Part shown: in pieces, positions 52,272 to 62,127 of the stretch
Layout of the letters: every line of letters starts with the position of its first letter
Numbering within the stretch: the stretch's first letter is position 1
Origin: an uncultured Methanosarcinaceae archaeon
GTDB lineage: Archaea > Halobacteriota > Methanosarcinia > Methanosarcinales > Methanosarcinaceae
NCBI GenBank assembly: GCA_963847185.1
Contig: CAWJYV010000007.1
Location: forward strand, 352,001 to 416,000
Length of the DNA: 64,000 nucleotides
Reading direction: 5' to 3'
The notes under the pieces: model-generated
Told to the model about the DNA's origin: nothing
The model's database searches: none
What the model saw: the letters and a program-made list of their open reading frames with translations, nothing else
Position numbers and translations under genes: made by a program

Positions 52272-53474
52272 TCAATTAATTCCTTTCTGGACTTCCTGGC
52301 TATAAAAACCTTCTCTGTCAAGTACGACAATCCTCAAAAGTTCCTTATTTGCCGTTTCATCGCATAAGTTGAATGTTCTGCCGTTTTTAATAGGAAGTCT
52401 TTCAGGATTCCTGTGCCCGTGAATTTGATATGTATCTTCATTTGTATTATTGTTGAAATTTTGAGCAATTGTAAGCGCGTCTTCGGGTTCACCCACACCG
52501 TTAATCATCTGGTCGGTTCCTACAAAGATCAGGTTTTGCGGAAGATTGCTCAGGCCGCCGTGAGTTACAAGCACGGATTTATTGTGAAATCTATAATAGA
52601 TACATGGAACCATTTTTTCATAAAATTCCAGAACACATTTTTTTATAACGCCTGCCTGCTCCATTTCTGGTAGGGAATACATGGGATTCGTAAATTCGGA
52701 CATATGGGTTTGCTCTTTGCCTGCTGCCAGATCGCAAAGGCATTTTTCGCGGTCTCCTTCGAGTAATATCACATTATCCTTTTGCATGATGGGAATTAAA
52801 AATTTGATTATCTCAATGTTTTCTGCTCCACTGCCCGTGTAATCACCCAGGAAAATATAGAGATCACTGTCGTTAAGCCCACATGCGAAATATTTCTTCA
52901 GGGCTGTGTAATTCCCTCTTATATCTCCTATATGATGGATTTTCCTGTAATGGGAAAAATCAGTAACTTTATACTTCAACTCTTTATGAAATTCGTGAGG
53001 TTTGACTACAGTAACAAATGATGGCACGGTCTGGGTGTGTATTATAAAATGCATCTCCTCAATTACTTCGTCGGGGACAATCTCATATGCAGGTCTCCTC
53101 ATGTTTCTTTCCTTTGCAACCTCAATTGATACATCCGAAAAGTCGACACATAAAGCTCTGTACCTATAAGTCTTGACAAGTCTCCTGTACTTGGCAATAT
53201 CTGCATTTCCTGCATTCGTTGCATCAAGGATTGTTAATTCTCCTTCTTCCATGCGGCTTTTAATTAGTGAGTAAATGAGCCCCCAGACTCTGGGATTGAT
53301 TTTTTGAGAAATTGTAGTCTTTCCAGTAATAGAAAGCACCGGCGGCTTAAGAAGAATCCTAACCCCATCTGAAGAGATGGTATATGGTTCAAGTTTATTC
53401 TCTCTGATAAAAGTTGATTTTCCTGAGCCAGGCACTCCTCTCAAAAATATCAGATACCTCATATCATACCCCAT
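52272..53474 (-). CDS. P-loop (AAA_33) kinase fused to a degenerate metallophosphoesterase (PNKP-like, no ligase domain)
   Basis: RGVPGSGKST, ISSD, LDATN, RN..R; then GDIRG, GDYTGSG, GDRE, THGG, HGHRN. Confidence 0.82.
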   Translation of the reverse strand: MGYDMRYLIFLRGVPGSGKSTFIRENKLEPYTISSDGVRILLKPPVLSITGKTTISQKINPRVWGLIYSLIKSRMEEGELTILDATNAGNADIAKYRRLVKTYRYRALCVDFSDVSIEVAKERNMRRPAYEIVPDEVIEEMHFIIHTQTVPSFVTVVKPHEFHKELKYKVTDFSHYRKIHHIGDIRGNYTALKKYFACGLNDSDLYIFLGDYTGSGAENIEIIKFLIPIMQKDNVILLEGDREKCLCDLAAGKEQTHMSEFTNPMYSLPEMEQAGVIKKCVLEFYEKMVPCIYYRFHNKSVLVTHGGLSNLPQNLIFVGTDQMINGVGEPEDALTIAQNFNNNTNEDTYQIHGHRNPERLPIKNGRTFNLCDETANKELLRIVVLDREGFYSQEVQKGIN

Positions 53475-53871
53475 GTTAACTCATTGCCGCTTTTAAAGAT
53501 AACATTAAAATGTAATATGTTTACTTGCTCCTTCTCAAAGAATTCCGGTTTGGAGAAACATGTACTGCGGTGGAGAATATTCAGATACTTTTTCCGAATC
53601 TCGGACCAAATAAAATTCTTTTTCTGATCAATCCTGCTTTTGGAAAATACCTGAATTAATATTACTATTGATTTTTATAATATTTAATTAGATAATTTTA
53701 GAACATATATCTGAGATTAGATCGAGGGGAAACTGTCGATAACGGGTGTACTATAATCTAGAAAATTTCCTGATACTATTACCTGCTTTAATTTCATACA
53801 ATCAATTTGGGTTATACTGATGAAAAAATGTTAACATGAGTAAAATCTTGTTAGTGTTAATGGTGAGAAAC

Positions 53872-55404
53872 ATGACAAATCAGAGTGAAACCGATTATAT
53901 CCTGCCCGGAAGGGCAGAATCTTACTGGCTGGCAAGCACACCAGAATCAAAATACCCTTCTCTTTCTGGAGATATCAGTGTCGATGTAGCGATTTTGGGG
54001 GGAGGGATAGTTGGGATTACATTGGCTTTCCTTTTAAAGGAAGCAGGGGTTTCATCCGTGGCGGTGATCGAAGCAGATCGAATTATCAGAGGAGTAACAG
54101 GTCACACGACTGCGAAAGTGACCTCGCAGCACCACCTGATTTATGATCGCCTGATCTCTAAATTCGGAAGACGACAGGCGCAGCAATATGCAGAATCTAA
54201 TCAGGCAGCTATAGAAAAAATAGCTACCATCATAAGCTCAAGAGATATTGACTGCGATTTTATCCGTAAGTCTGCTTACGTTTATGCAGATTCTCAAGAA
54301 TCTGCCGGAAGGATTCAAAATGAAGTAGAGGCAGCTCAAAGTCTTGGGCTTCCAGCTTCATTTGAAGCTGATCTTCCATTACCTTTTGAGACTTACGGCT
54401 CAGTTCGCTTTTCTAATCAGGCACAATTCCATCCCAGAAAATACCTCTGTGCCCTTGCCAGAGAAATTCACGGAGATGGATGCCATATTTTTGAGAATAC
54501 CAGGGCATTGAAGGTCGAAGGGGATGGCCCTTTTACTATAACAACGGAAAGAGGAACTGTGAGAGCGCGTAAGGTTATTCAGGCAACACATTTTCCAATT
54601 AATGATAAACCTGGATTGTTTTTCCAACGCCTCTACCAGTCCAGGTCATATGTTCTTGGAATCCGCATTAAAGATCCTTTCCCTGATGGAATGTTTATTA
54701 ATATCGGGGATCCTGTCCGTTCCCTGCGTTCCCAGCCTTCAGAAAGAGGTGAACTTGTACTTGTAAGTGGGGAGGGGCACAGAACAGGTGAGGGAAACCA
54801 TGAGACTGACCACTATAAAAATCTCGAAAAGTGGATTCGATCAATCTACTCAGTCAGTTCTATTGATTACCGCTGGTCTACTCAGGACACCATAAGCATA
54901 GACCACATTCCTTACATTGGTCGGCTAAGTTCAGGCAGTGAAGACTCATATCTTGCAACGGGTTTCCGAAAATGGGGTATGACCACAGGTACGGTTGCAG
55001 CAATGATTCTTACGGATATGATTCTTGGAAAGTCCAACTCCTGGGAGGAGGTATATGATCCTTCAAGGTTCAAACCAATCGAGTCGGCAAAAACTCTCCT
55101 TTCACAGGTTGCTGAAGCTACTAAGGGCCTTGTAGGAAAGCGGATAACTCCCGCTCATGAAGAAGCTTCGCAGATTTCACTTGGAGAAGGAGCTATCGTC
55201 AAAGTAGAAGGTGAGAGGGTAGCAGCATACAGAGACCTGGAAGGAGTGCTACATACTTTCGATCCTTCGTGCAGGCATATGGGATGCATTGTTTCATGGA
55301 ATAATGCAGAGAAAACCTGGGACTGCCCCTGTCACGGCTCCCGCTATAGTGCGGAAGGAGAAGTTATCCACAGTCCTGCAGTGCATGGGCTTTCTAAAAA
55401 GTAA
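53872..55404 (+). CDS. FAD-dependent oxidoreductase with C-terminal Rieske domain (YhfW-like)
   Basis: SYW, GGGIVG, TGHTTAK, QAQFHP, TGFRKWGMT, CRHMGC...WDCPCHGSRY; ATG 53872 after GGTGA. Confidence 0.92.
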   Translation: MTNQSETDYILPGRAESYWLASTPESKYPSLSGDISVDVAILGGGIVGITLAFLLKEAGVSSVAVIEADRIIRGVTGHTTAKVTSQHHLIYDRLISKFGRRQAQQYAESNQAAIEKIATIISSRDIDCDFIRKSAYVYADSQESAGRIQNEVEAAQSLGLPASFEADLPLPFETYGSVRFSNQAQFHPRKYLCALAREIHGDGCHIFENTRALKVEGDGPFTITTERGTVRARKVIQATHFPINDKPGLFFQRLYQSRSYVLGIRIKDPFPDGMFINIGDPVRSLRSQPSERGELVLVSGEGHRTGEGNHETDHYKNLEKWIRSIYSVSSIDYRWSTQDTISIDHIPYIGRLSSGSEDSYLATGFRKWGMTTGTVAAMILTDMILGKSNSWEEVYDPSRFKPIESAKTLLSQVAEATKGLVGKRITPAHEEASQISLGEGAIVKVEGERVAAYRDLEGVLHTFDPSCRHMGCIVSWNNAEKTWDCPCHGSRYSAEGEVIHSPAVHGLSKK

Positions 55405-55450
55405 AGCGGAATTATTCCTTAAGGAAATAAACAATGGATATGGGGATTAT

Positions 55451-56944
55451 ATGGTAAACCAGAAGGAAATGGATTACAGTCTGCCTGGAAAGGCAGAATC
55501 TTACTGGCTGGCAAGCACTCCAGAATCAAAGTATCCTCCTCTTCCGGGGGATATTCACGTTGACGTGGCAATAATCGGGGGTGGAATCGTTGGGATCACC
55601 TCGGCTTTTCTTTTAAAGCTGGCAGGAGTGTCCGTTGCAGTAATTGAAGCAGATCGAATTATTACAGGAGCTACCGGCTATACGACTGCAAAAATTACAT
55701 CTCAGCATGGTCTGATCTATAACAGACTCATCTCGAAAGTAGGAAGAGGACAGGCTAAGCAGTATGCGGAATCAAATGAGGCAGCAATCGAGAGAATCGA
55801 TTATATAGTTCGCTCATGGGACATATCATGTGACTTTGTCCGCAAGCCAGCTTATGTCTATGCAGGTTCTGAAGATTCTTCACAAAAAATTCTGGACGAG
55901 GTTCAGGCAGCCAGGAGCCTGGGACTTCCAGCCTCATTTCAAGCTGACCCCCATTGCCTTTTGAGACTTCCGGTTCAGTTCAGTTCAGCAACCAGGCACA
56001 GTTTCATCCCAGAAAATACCTTTGCGCCCTTGCCAGAGAAGTTCAGGGGGATGGCTGTTATATCTTTGAGAAAACACGTGCGTTAGGAATTGAAGGAGGA
56101 GACCCGGTAGTCGTAAAGACTGACAAAGGAACCGTAAAAGCATGAGAACGTTATTCAGGCTACGCATTATCCTATTGTAGATAGTCCCGGGGAGTTATTT
56201 AAGAAACTGTACCAGTCAATGTCATACGTGCTGGGTGTACGTATAGAGGAAACGTTCCCGGATGGGATGTTCATTAATGCCGAAGAGCCAGGCAGATCCT
56301 TGCGCTCGCAGCCTGTAGAAGGAGGCGAACTTGTGCTTGTAGTTGGGGATGGGCATCCAACAGGGAATGGAAGCCCAACAAATGAGCATTACAGAAATCT
56401 TGAGGACTGGGCCAGGTCGATTTATAAAGTACGGTCTATTGACTATCACTGGTCCACTGAAGATGTTATTTCTGAAGACCGAGTGCCACTCATCGGTAGG
56501 CTCACTCCGGATAGTGAGCACTTATTACTGGCAACCGGATTTCAGAAGTGGGGCATGACGACAGGCACCGCAGCAGCAATCATTCTTACGGATATGATAC
56601 TTGAAAGGGATAATCCTTGGACTGAAGTATACGACCCTTCAAGATCCGGAAAGTTAGCCGAATTTCCTGAGGAAGAAATGTCCAAAATTGAGCCAGGGAA
56701 TGGTACTCTCTTTGAAAAAGGAACGGAAAAGGTGGCAGTGTATAAGGATTCTGAGGGGGCGCTGTATACTCTCAATCCCTCATGCCGACACATGGGTTGT
56801 TCTGTTTCCTGGAATAACGCTGAAAAAACCTGGGATTGCCCCTGTCACGGTTCCCGTTACAATTCCAGGGGGGAAGTGATTCAAAGTCCTGCAGTTTACG
56901 GGCTTCTTGAGAAGAAAATCGGAAATAAAAATCGTTATCCTTGA
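55451..56944 (+). pseudogene. Second FAD/Rieske oxidoreductase paralog with two frameshifts
   Basis: One base lost near 55948-55952 and one gained near 56143; three ORF pieces align co-linearly with 53872..55404. Confidence 0.88.
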
Positions 56945-57006
56945 AAGAATAAAAGGTACAATCAAGCGCTTCCATTTTTTATATTACTTCAAAGAAATAA
57001 TAGCTC

Positions 57007-57549
57007 ATGCCACCAGAAAGCAAAAACGCCGATCCTTTCAATGAACTTAAATGGAGTGATCTACAGGATTGGGCTGGAGAAAAAACCACTATAAAGGGGA
57101 TCAAATACCAGGAAGAGGGAAGAGTAACGGAAATTAAGCGTACCTATGAAGGCAATCTGGTCGCCTGGGTAGAGGGAAAAATAGAATATTTCATAGAGGT
57201 GTCCCTGAGAAATGGAAAACTGAGCTCAATCTGTACCTGCCCTGTAGGATCTAACTGTAAACATGGGGTTGCGGCCGTACTTGAGTATCTTGAACGCATA
57301 GAGCTCGAAGAAGAAATTTCTGTTATTGCAGAGAAAGATACGCTTATCTCAAGAGCCAGAATCGGGCATGCAGGATACGAAAACTTTGGAACTTATGATA
57401 CTGACGAATCTTCACTCCAGATTCTTAGAAACTATCTGGAACAGCTAGAAAAACAGGAGTTAATCGATATACTGGTTACATTTGCCCAAAAAGATACTAA
57501 ACTTGGCAGATACCTCCGAGATAGACAAAACATTGTCTCAGAAACCTGA
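57007..57549 (+). CDS. SWIM zinc-finger protein, probably truncated
   Basis: CTCPVGSNCKHGVA SWIM motif; coding-like residue continues past the stop in another frame. Confidence 0.75.
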   Translation: MPPESKNADPFNELKWSDLQDWAGEKTTIKGIKYQEEGRVTEIKRTYEGNLVAWVEGKIEYFIEVSLRNGKLSSICTCPVGSNCKHGVAAVLEYLERIELEEEISVIAEKDTLISRARIGHAGYENFGTYDTDESSLQILRNYLEQLEKQELIDILVTFAQKDTKLGRYLRDRQNIVSET

Positions 57550-57862
57550 TTTTTCTGACTTGCGGGTTCGGTTGTAAATCTCGCTTGACGCAGGACTCCC
57601 TGACGAGCTACTTGATGCTAGAAAAGAACTCTGAATGGGCATAAAGAAGTTGCAGATATGGTTAAAGCAAATATCCTGAAATTTTAATTGGGATGCAAAA
57701 AAATGGGGAAAAATTGAGAGTAGAAAAGTTGGATTTAATTAGAGCAGTAAAAAGAATAAATATTTATATATAAATATATTATAAATAAAAATAACTTAAG
57801 TTAATTAGTACTCCAAATTCCAGTATAAATACAGCAAAAACGAAATAAGGGGTTATGAAAAC

Positions 57863-58045
57863 ATGCCAGCAAAAGTCAACAAAGAAGAGTGTACAGGCTG
57901 CGGAACCTGTGTAGATGAATGCCCTGTAGAAGCAATCATCATAGACGAAGAAGAAGGTTGTGCAGTTGTAGATGAAGAAGAATGTGTAGATTGTAGAGCA
58001 TGCGAAGAAGCTTGCCCTCTAGAAGCTATAAAAGTCAAAGAATAA
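57863..58045 (+). CDS. 2[4Fe-4S] ferredoxin
   Basis: [12 protein letters not shown] and [12 protein letters not shown]. Confidence 0.95.
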   Translation: MPAKVNKEECTGCGTCVDECPVEAIIIDEEEGCAVVDEEECVDCRACEEACPLEAIKVKE

Positions 58046-58131
58046 CCGGAAGAGCTGAGTTACGCTAAGAGTCTTTTTGCAAGACTCAGAACTTCAGCTA
58101 AGTAAAAAGGGAGGCTACTCAGGGGTTTATT

Positions 58132-58608
58132 TTAGTGCTTGAAAACAGCTTCCCATTCCGATTCTCTGTTTTTCAAATACCGTCTGTTCGCTCCACTTGA
58201 GGAGGGAAGGACTTTTGTTTCATATCCCATTTTCCTTAAAAGAGGTTCGTATTTTCCTGATTTTTTGCCGTTGAAACAGATCAGCCTTATTTTTGGGGCT
58301 ATCTCTTTTAATTTTGAAAATTGGTTTATTTCTTCATCCCTGATCTTTGCGTCCTCACTTCCTATTCTATTTCCTGCTTTAAACACGTCCCAGAGGCCTA
58401 TTTTATGACACTTCAGGGTTTCGAGCCTGCTTTTGTAATCCATATCCTGAAGGTTTTCCCCAATTGAATGGCCGACCAGCCTCCAGAAGTCGTTGCCAGG
58501 ATGCCCATAATACTGGTGTTTCCTGATGGACACATCACCCGGAAGAGATCCGAGAATCAGAATTTCGGTGTTCTCGTCAACAATTGCTGGAAAACCTTGT
58601 TTTATCAT
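58132..58608 (-). CDS. UDG-superfamily family 6 hypoxanthine/deoxyinosine DNA glycosylase
   Basis: ILILGSLPG..S...QYYGHPGNDFW, GLWDV, FNG, LPSSSGAN. Confidence 0.88.
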   Translation of the reverse strand: MIKQGFPAIVDENTEILILGSLPGDVSIRKHQYYGHPGNDFWRLVGHSIGENLQDMDYKSRLETLKCHKIGLWDVFKAGNRIGSEDAKIRDEEINQFSKLKEIAPKIRLICFNGKKSGKYEPLLRKMGYETKVLPSSSGANRRYLKNRESEWEAVFKH

Positions 58609-58661
58609 CGTATAAATAGCTGGAATTCAGGAATATTTTAAATTTTGGAATCGAAGAAAAT

Positions 58662-59453
58662 TCAAATTTTGGTAATCTTTTCTGACATCTCTTTATAATA
58701 GTTAAAAAGTTCCTGCCCCCAGGAAAGTGCGCTTTTCTCAAAGCTTACCATTTCGTGGTTATAGTATCTCCCATCTTTTGAGATCATGGATAAAGAGATG
58801 AAGCGATCTGTAATAATGCTTGAGGCAAGCTCAATTTTGCTGTCACATACATAAAGGCATGTGTTTTCCATATTAAGGAACTCTCCTACTTCCTCTTTAT
58901 AGTCTGCAACCAATTTACTGTATATCGACCTTTCGAGAATAAGAGATACCTTGATACCTTTTTTTGCAAGGTCCAGATACAGGCTGGGGTATCCTGGACG
59001 GAAAAATGAAGAAATTTCCATAACTGCTTTAGACCTGTAAAGCGGATCCATAATTTCCGGAGGGTAATCAAAAATATGAGTCCTCTCAGGTACAAGCTCC
59101 TTGCAGTGGCCCAGTTCTCCAATCCTGTCCAGCAGGTGAGAAGGAAGGGTACGCAGATCCTGTCTTGCCCAGTAATCGTGATTTTCATCAAATACCTGAA
59201 AAGTGAAGAGAAGAGGCTCCATTTTGGGAACAATAAGCTTTCCTTTTACCGAAAGTTCGTAAACATCGTCCTTCTGCACAAGCAGCCCATCCTTAAGCAA
59301 AATACGGATCTGGGCCATAATAGGGCTGGAACTGACTTCAAGTTCGGTTTTTATTTCTTCAATTGTTTTTGGCCCGTTCTTCAGGAGCAAAAGTAAGTTT
59401 TTTCTTTTGTCCGAAAAAAAAATTGTATCTATTAACTGCAGCTCCATATTCAT
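58662..59453 (-). CDS. msrB: Winged-helix/DUF1724 regulator, methanol-specific regulator MsrB-like
   Basis: FFSDKRKNLLLLL..GPKT..EI, HDYW..DL..LP, WG.ELF.YY; name (methanol-specific regulator, not methionine sulfoxide reductase) rests on position divergent from mtaCB. Confidence 0.8.
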   Translation of the reverse strand: MNMELQLIDTIFFSDKRKNLLLLLKNGPKTIEEIKTELEVSSSPIMAQIRILLKDGLLVQKDDVYELSVKGKLIVPKMEPLLFTFQVFDENHDYWARQDLRTLPSHLLDRIGELGHCKELVPERTHIFDYPPEIMDPLYRSKAVMEISSFFRPGYPSLYLDLAKKGIKVSLILERSIYSKLVADYKEEVGEFLNMENTCLYVCDSKIELASSIITDRFISLSMISKDGRYYNHEMVSFEKSALSWGQELFNYYKEMSEKITKI

Positions 59454-59555
59454 TAGATCTAGCCTCCGGAAAAAAATTTGAACTATATCTGGAATCACCT
59501 GGGCGTCTGAAAACGGCTTAAAAACTTAAATCTAAATATAAACCTGATTTATATC

Positions 59556-60410
59556 TCATTGAAGGCTGAGCAACATGGCTTTTGAAACGGCACCTCTTTC
59601 AGATGTACGAACTGCGTTGTCAATTACTATTTCATTATCTACCTGCGATGCTCTTGATTTATAGAACTCAAAAAGTTCTCTGGCCCAGCCCATAGCTTGA
59701 GGTTCGGAACAGTACATATAGTCATGATAGAACCTTCCATTACGGTCAAAGAGGGAGATCACCATTCCACGATCAGAAATTAGAAGTTCGGCCAACTTGA
59801 TCCCGTCATTGCAGACAAAAAGCTCAGTGTTCTGCATTGAGGCAATTTTCTTTATTTTCCTTTCGTAATTGTGCAGAATCTTTTCGAGTACAGATTCCGT
59901 AAAGATTAGGGTAATTTCTGAGTCCATCCTTGCAAGTTTTGAGTAAAGGGGAAGGAATTCAGGCCTGTAAAAGGATGAAAATATCATTAGGTAACGCGAA
60001 GAGGAAAAGAAATTCAAAAGTTCCGTATTTGGTTCAAAAATTTGGCTTGGATCTGTTTTTACCAGGTTGCAGTCTTTCAGATATCCTATTTTTTCAAGAA
60101 GATACTGGGGAATTCCGCTCAGATCGTGTTCAACCCAGTAGTTATCTTTTTCGAGTAAAGTAAGGACATTAACAAGAGATTGAACTTTTTTGAAAATCTG
60201 ATCTCCCATATCTGTCAATTCATAGCTGCCATTTTTTTGAATAACCAGATTACTGTCTGTAAGCCTTTTGATCTGTGGCAAGATAGCTGTGGGAGAAACA
60301 TCAAGGAGGGTTTTGATTTCTTCCATTGTTCTGGGTTTCTCTCCCAGGAGTAAAAGGAGGTCTCTTCTTTTTTGGGAACGAAATACGACATCTAGTAATT
60401 CAGGTTGTAT
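59556..60410 (-). CDS. msrA: Winged-helix/DUF1724 regulator, MsrA-like, probable ATA start
   Basis: Frame extends upstream of ATG 60326 as x-QPELLDVVFRSQKRRDLLLLLGEKPRTM, matching the paralog's first helices; ATA at 60410 follows GAGGTGG and an in-frame TGA. Confidence 0.8.
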   Translation of the reverse strand: MQPELLDVVFRSQKRRDLLLLLGEKPRTMEEIKTLLDVSPTAILPQIKRLTDSNLVIQKNGSYELTDMGDQIFKKVQSLVNVLTLLEKDNYWVEHDLSGIPQYLLEKIGYLKDCNLVKTDPSQIFEPNTELLNFFSSSRYLMIFSSFYRPEFLPLYSKLARMDSEITLIFTESVLEKILHNYERKIKKIASMQNTELFVCNDGIKLAELLISDRGMVISLFDRNGRFYHDYMYCSEPQAMGWARELFEFYKSRASQVDNEIVIDNAVRTSERGAVSKAMLLSLQ

Positions 60411-60865
60411 TCAAACCACCTCTATCTCATTTTTTGTAAATTTGGGTATTTTATATTCTGATAAACATCTGTACAATGGGCAAATATAAACTCGAGTTCC
60501 AGTCTGGTTCTGTAAAACCTGAAGAGGAGAAGAAGTTTGTGCCATATTTGAAGGTAAACGATATTCTCATTTATATAAAAGAATTTGGATTAATAATTTA
60601 AAACGTAAAATGATCTCTTGAAAAATAGTATTATCTTGTCGATATATTTTTGAAGTAACTGAAATATATTTTCTTCGTGTTAAAAATATATCTGATGCCT
60701 TTGTTCTAAATAAAATTAAAGCTTAACAAGAATATATCCAAAAATTTGTAACCTGAGATACTACAATAAGAACAATGAAATTTTTGATACCTTTTATCTG
60801 AATACTCCCATTGTTCAAAAAAATTACTGCTGTTTTGGATATCCTGTCATTTAATTCTCAATATG

Positions 60866-61340
60866 TGAAAATATAATAAGTAATCTCAAAATTTTGGGCC
60901 CAGTTTATTGCGAGAGACAGAAACAAAAACTTTGGGGGCAAAAAGTGGCGCAATGAGGTCAAAATTTCAGACCCTATATTGCTCTGTAAAAATGGGGGAA
61001 AAATTTCCATCGGTTATGGTATATGCAATGATTTCCCCTAATTATGCTGTAGTACGTGTCAGAATTCAGGCACGGGTATCATTCAAAAAGGAAAAGTTCC
61101 GGCGAAAATGAAGAGTTCTTTCGAGAGTTTACACTATAGGGAAATCCAGAAGCAGTACTGATTGCTCAATAGTACTGAAAAAACGGATAAACTGTGGATT
61201 TTTCTTCAGGATAAATACAACCGAAAGAAAAAACTTCACGGAGGTAAAGCTGGAACCTCATTATGCCGAACAAATCCGGGACTGCAGACCCGGAGCGGTA
61301 ACGACCTTTTTGTTGAACATCTAAATGGAGGTTTAGAAAT
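60866..61340 (+). promoter_or_regulatory. Putative promoter and long structured leader of mtaCB
   Basis: GAAAATATATAA BRE/TATA-like box near 60867-60878; several hairpins; GGAGG RBS at 61327-61331. Confidence 0.5.
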
Positions 61341-62117
61341 ATGTTGGACTTTACAGCAGCAAGTCTGAAAAGGGTATTAACCAGATACAATGTGGCTCTG
61401 GAAAAGGCAATGACCCCTGAAGAAGCCGCAGAAGAACTCTATCCTAAAGACGAATTAATTTACCCGATCGCAAAGGCCATCTTTGAAGGAGAAGAAGATG
61501 ACGTTGTAGAGGGTCTCGAAGCAGCAATTAAAGCAGGCAAGGACCCAATCACTCTTATCGACGATGCTCTCATGGTCGGTATGGGTGTTGTCACAAGACT
61601 CTACGATGAAGGTATCATTTTCCTCCCCAATGTCATGATGTCCGCTGACGCCATGCTTAATGGTATCGAATTCTGTAAGGAAAACTCCGAAACTGCTCCT
61701 GAAACCAAGGGAACCATTGTCTGCCACGTTGCAGAAGGTGACGTTCATGACATTGGAAAGAACATTGTTACCGCTCTCCTCAGGGCAAACGGCTACAATG
61801 TAGTTGACCTCGGAAGGGATGTTCCAGTGGACGAAGTTATCACTGCAGTTGCTGCAAACAACCCAATTCTGGTCACAGGTACTGCACTCATGACCACCAC
61901 CATGTATGCATTCAAGGAAGTTAACGACAAACTCCTCGAGAAAGGATACAAGATTCCATTCGCATGCGGTGGCGGAGCAGTTAACCAGGACTTCGTATCT
62001 CAGTATGCACTCGGTGTGTACGGTGAAGAAGCCGCTGATGCCCCCAAGATTGCTGACGCAATCATTGCAGGTACCACAGATATCGCAGCATTAAGAGAGA
62101 AATTCCACAAGCACTGA
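61341..62117 (+). CDS. mtaC: Methanol corrinoid protein
   Basis: MLDFT.ASLK.VLTRYNVALEK, EGDVHDIGKN, TALMTTTM, CGGGAV. Confidence 0.97.
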   Translation: MLDFTAASLKRVLTRYNVALEKAMTPEEAAEELYPKDELIYPIAKAIFEGEEDDVVEGLEAAIKAGKDPITLIDDALMVGMGVVTRLYDEGIIFLPNVMMSADAMLNGIEFCKENSETAPETKGTIVCHVAEGDVHDIGKNIVTALLRANGYNVVDLGRDVPVDEVITAVAANNPILVTGTALMTTTMYAFKEVNDKLLEKGYKIPFACGGGAVNQDFVSQYALGVYGEEAADAPKIADAIIAGTTDIAALREKFHKH

Positions 62118-62127
62118 GGTGAGTGAA

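Noticed and set aside
60908-61390. ORFs 60908..61111, 61162..61368 and 61166..61390 as leader peptides
   Set aside because: No RBS, weak starts or wrong strand; better explained as mtaCB leader sequence.
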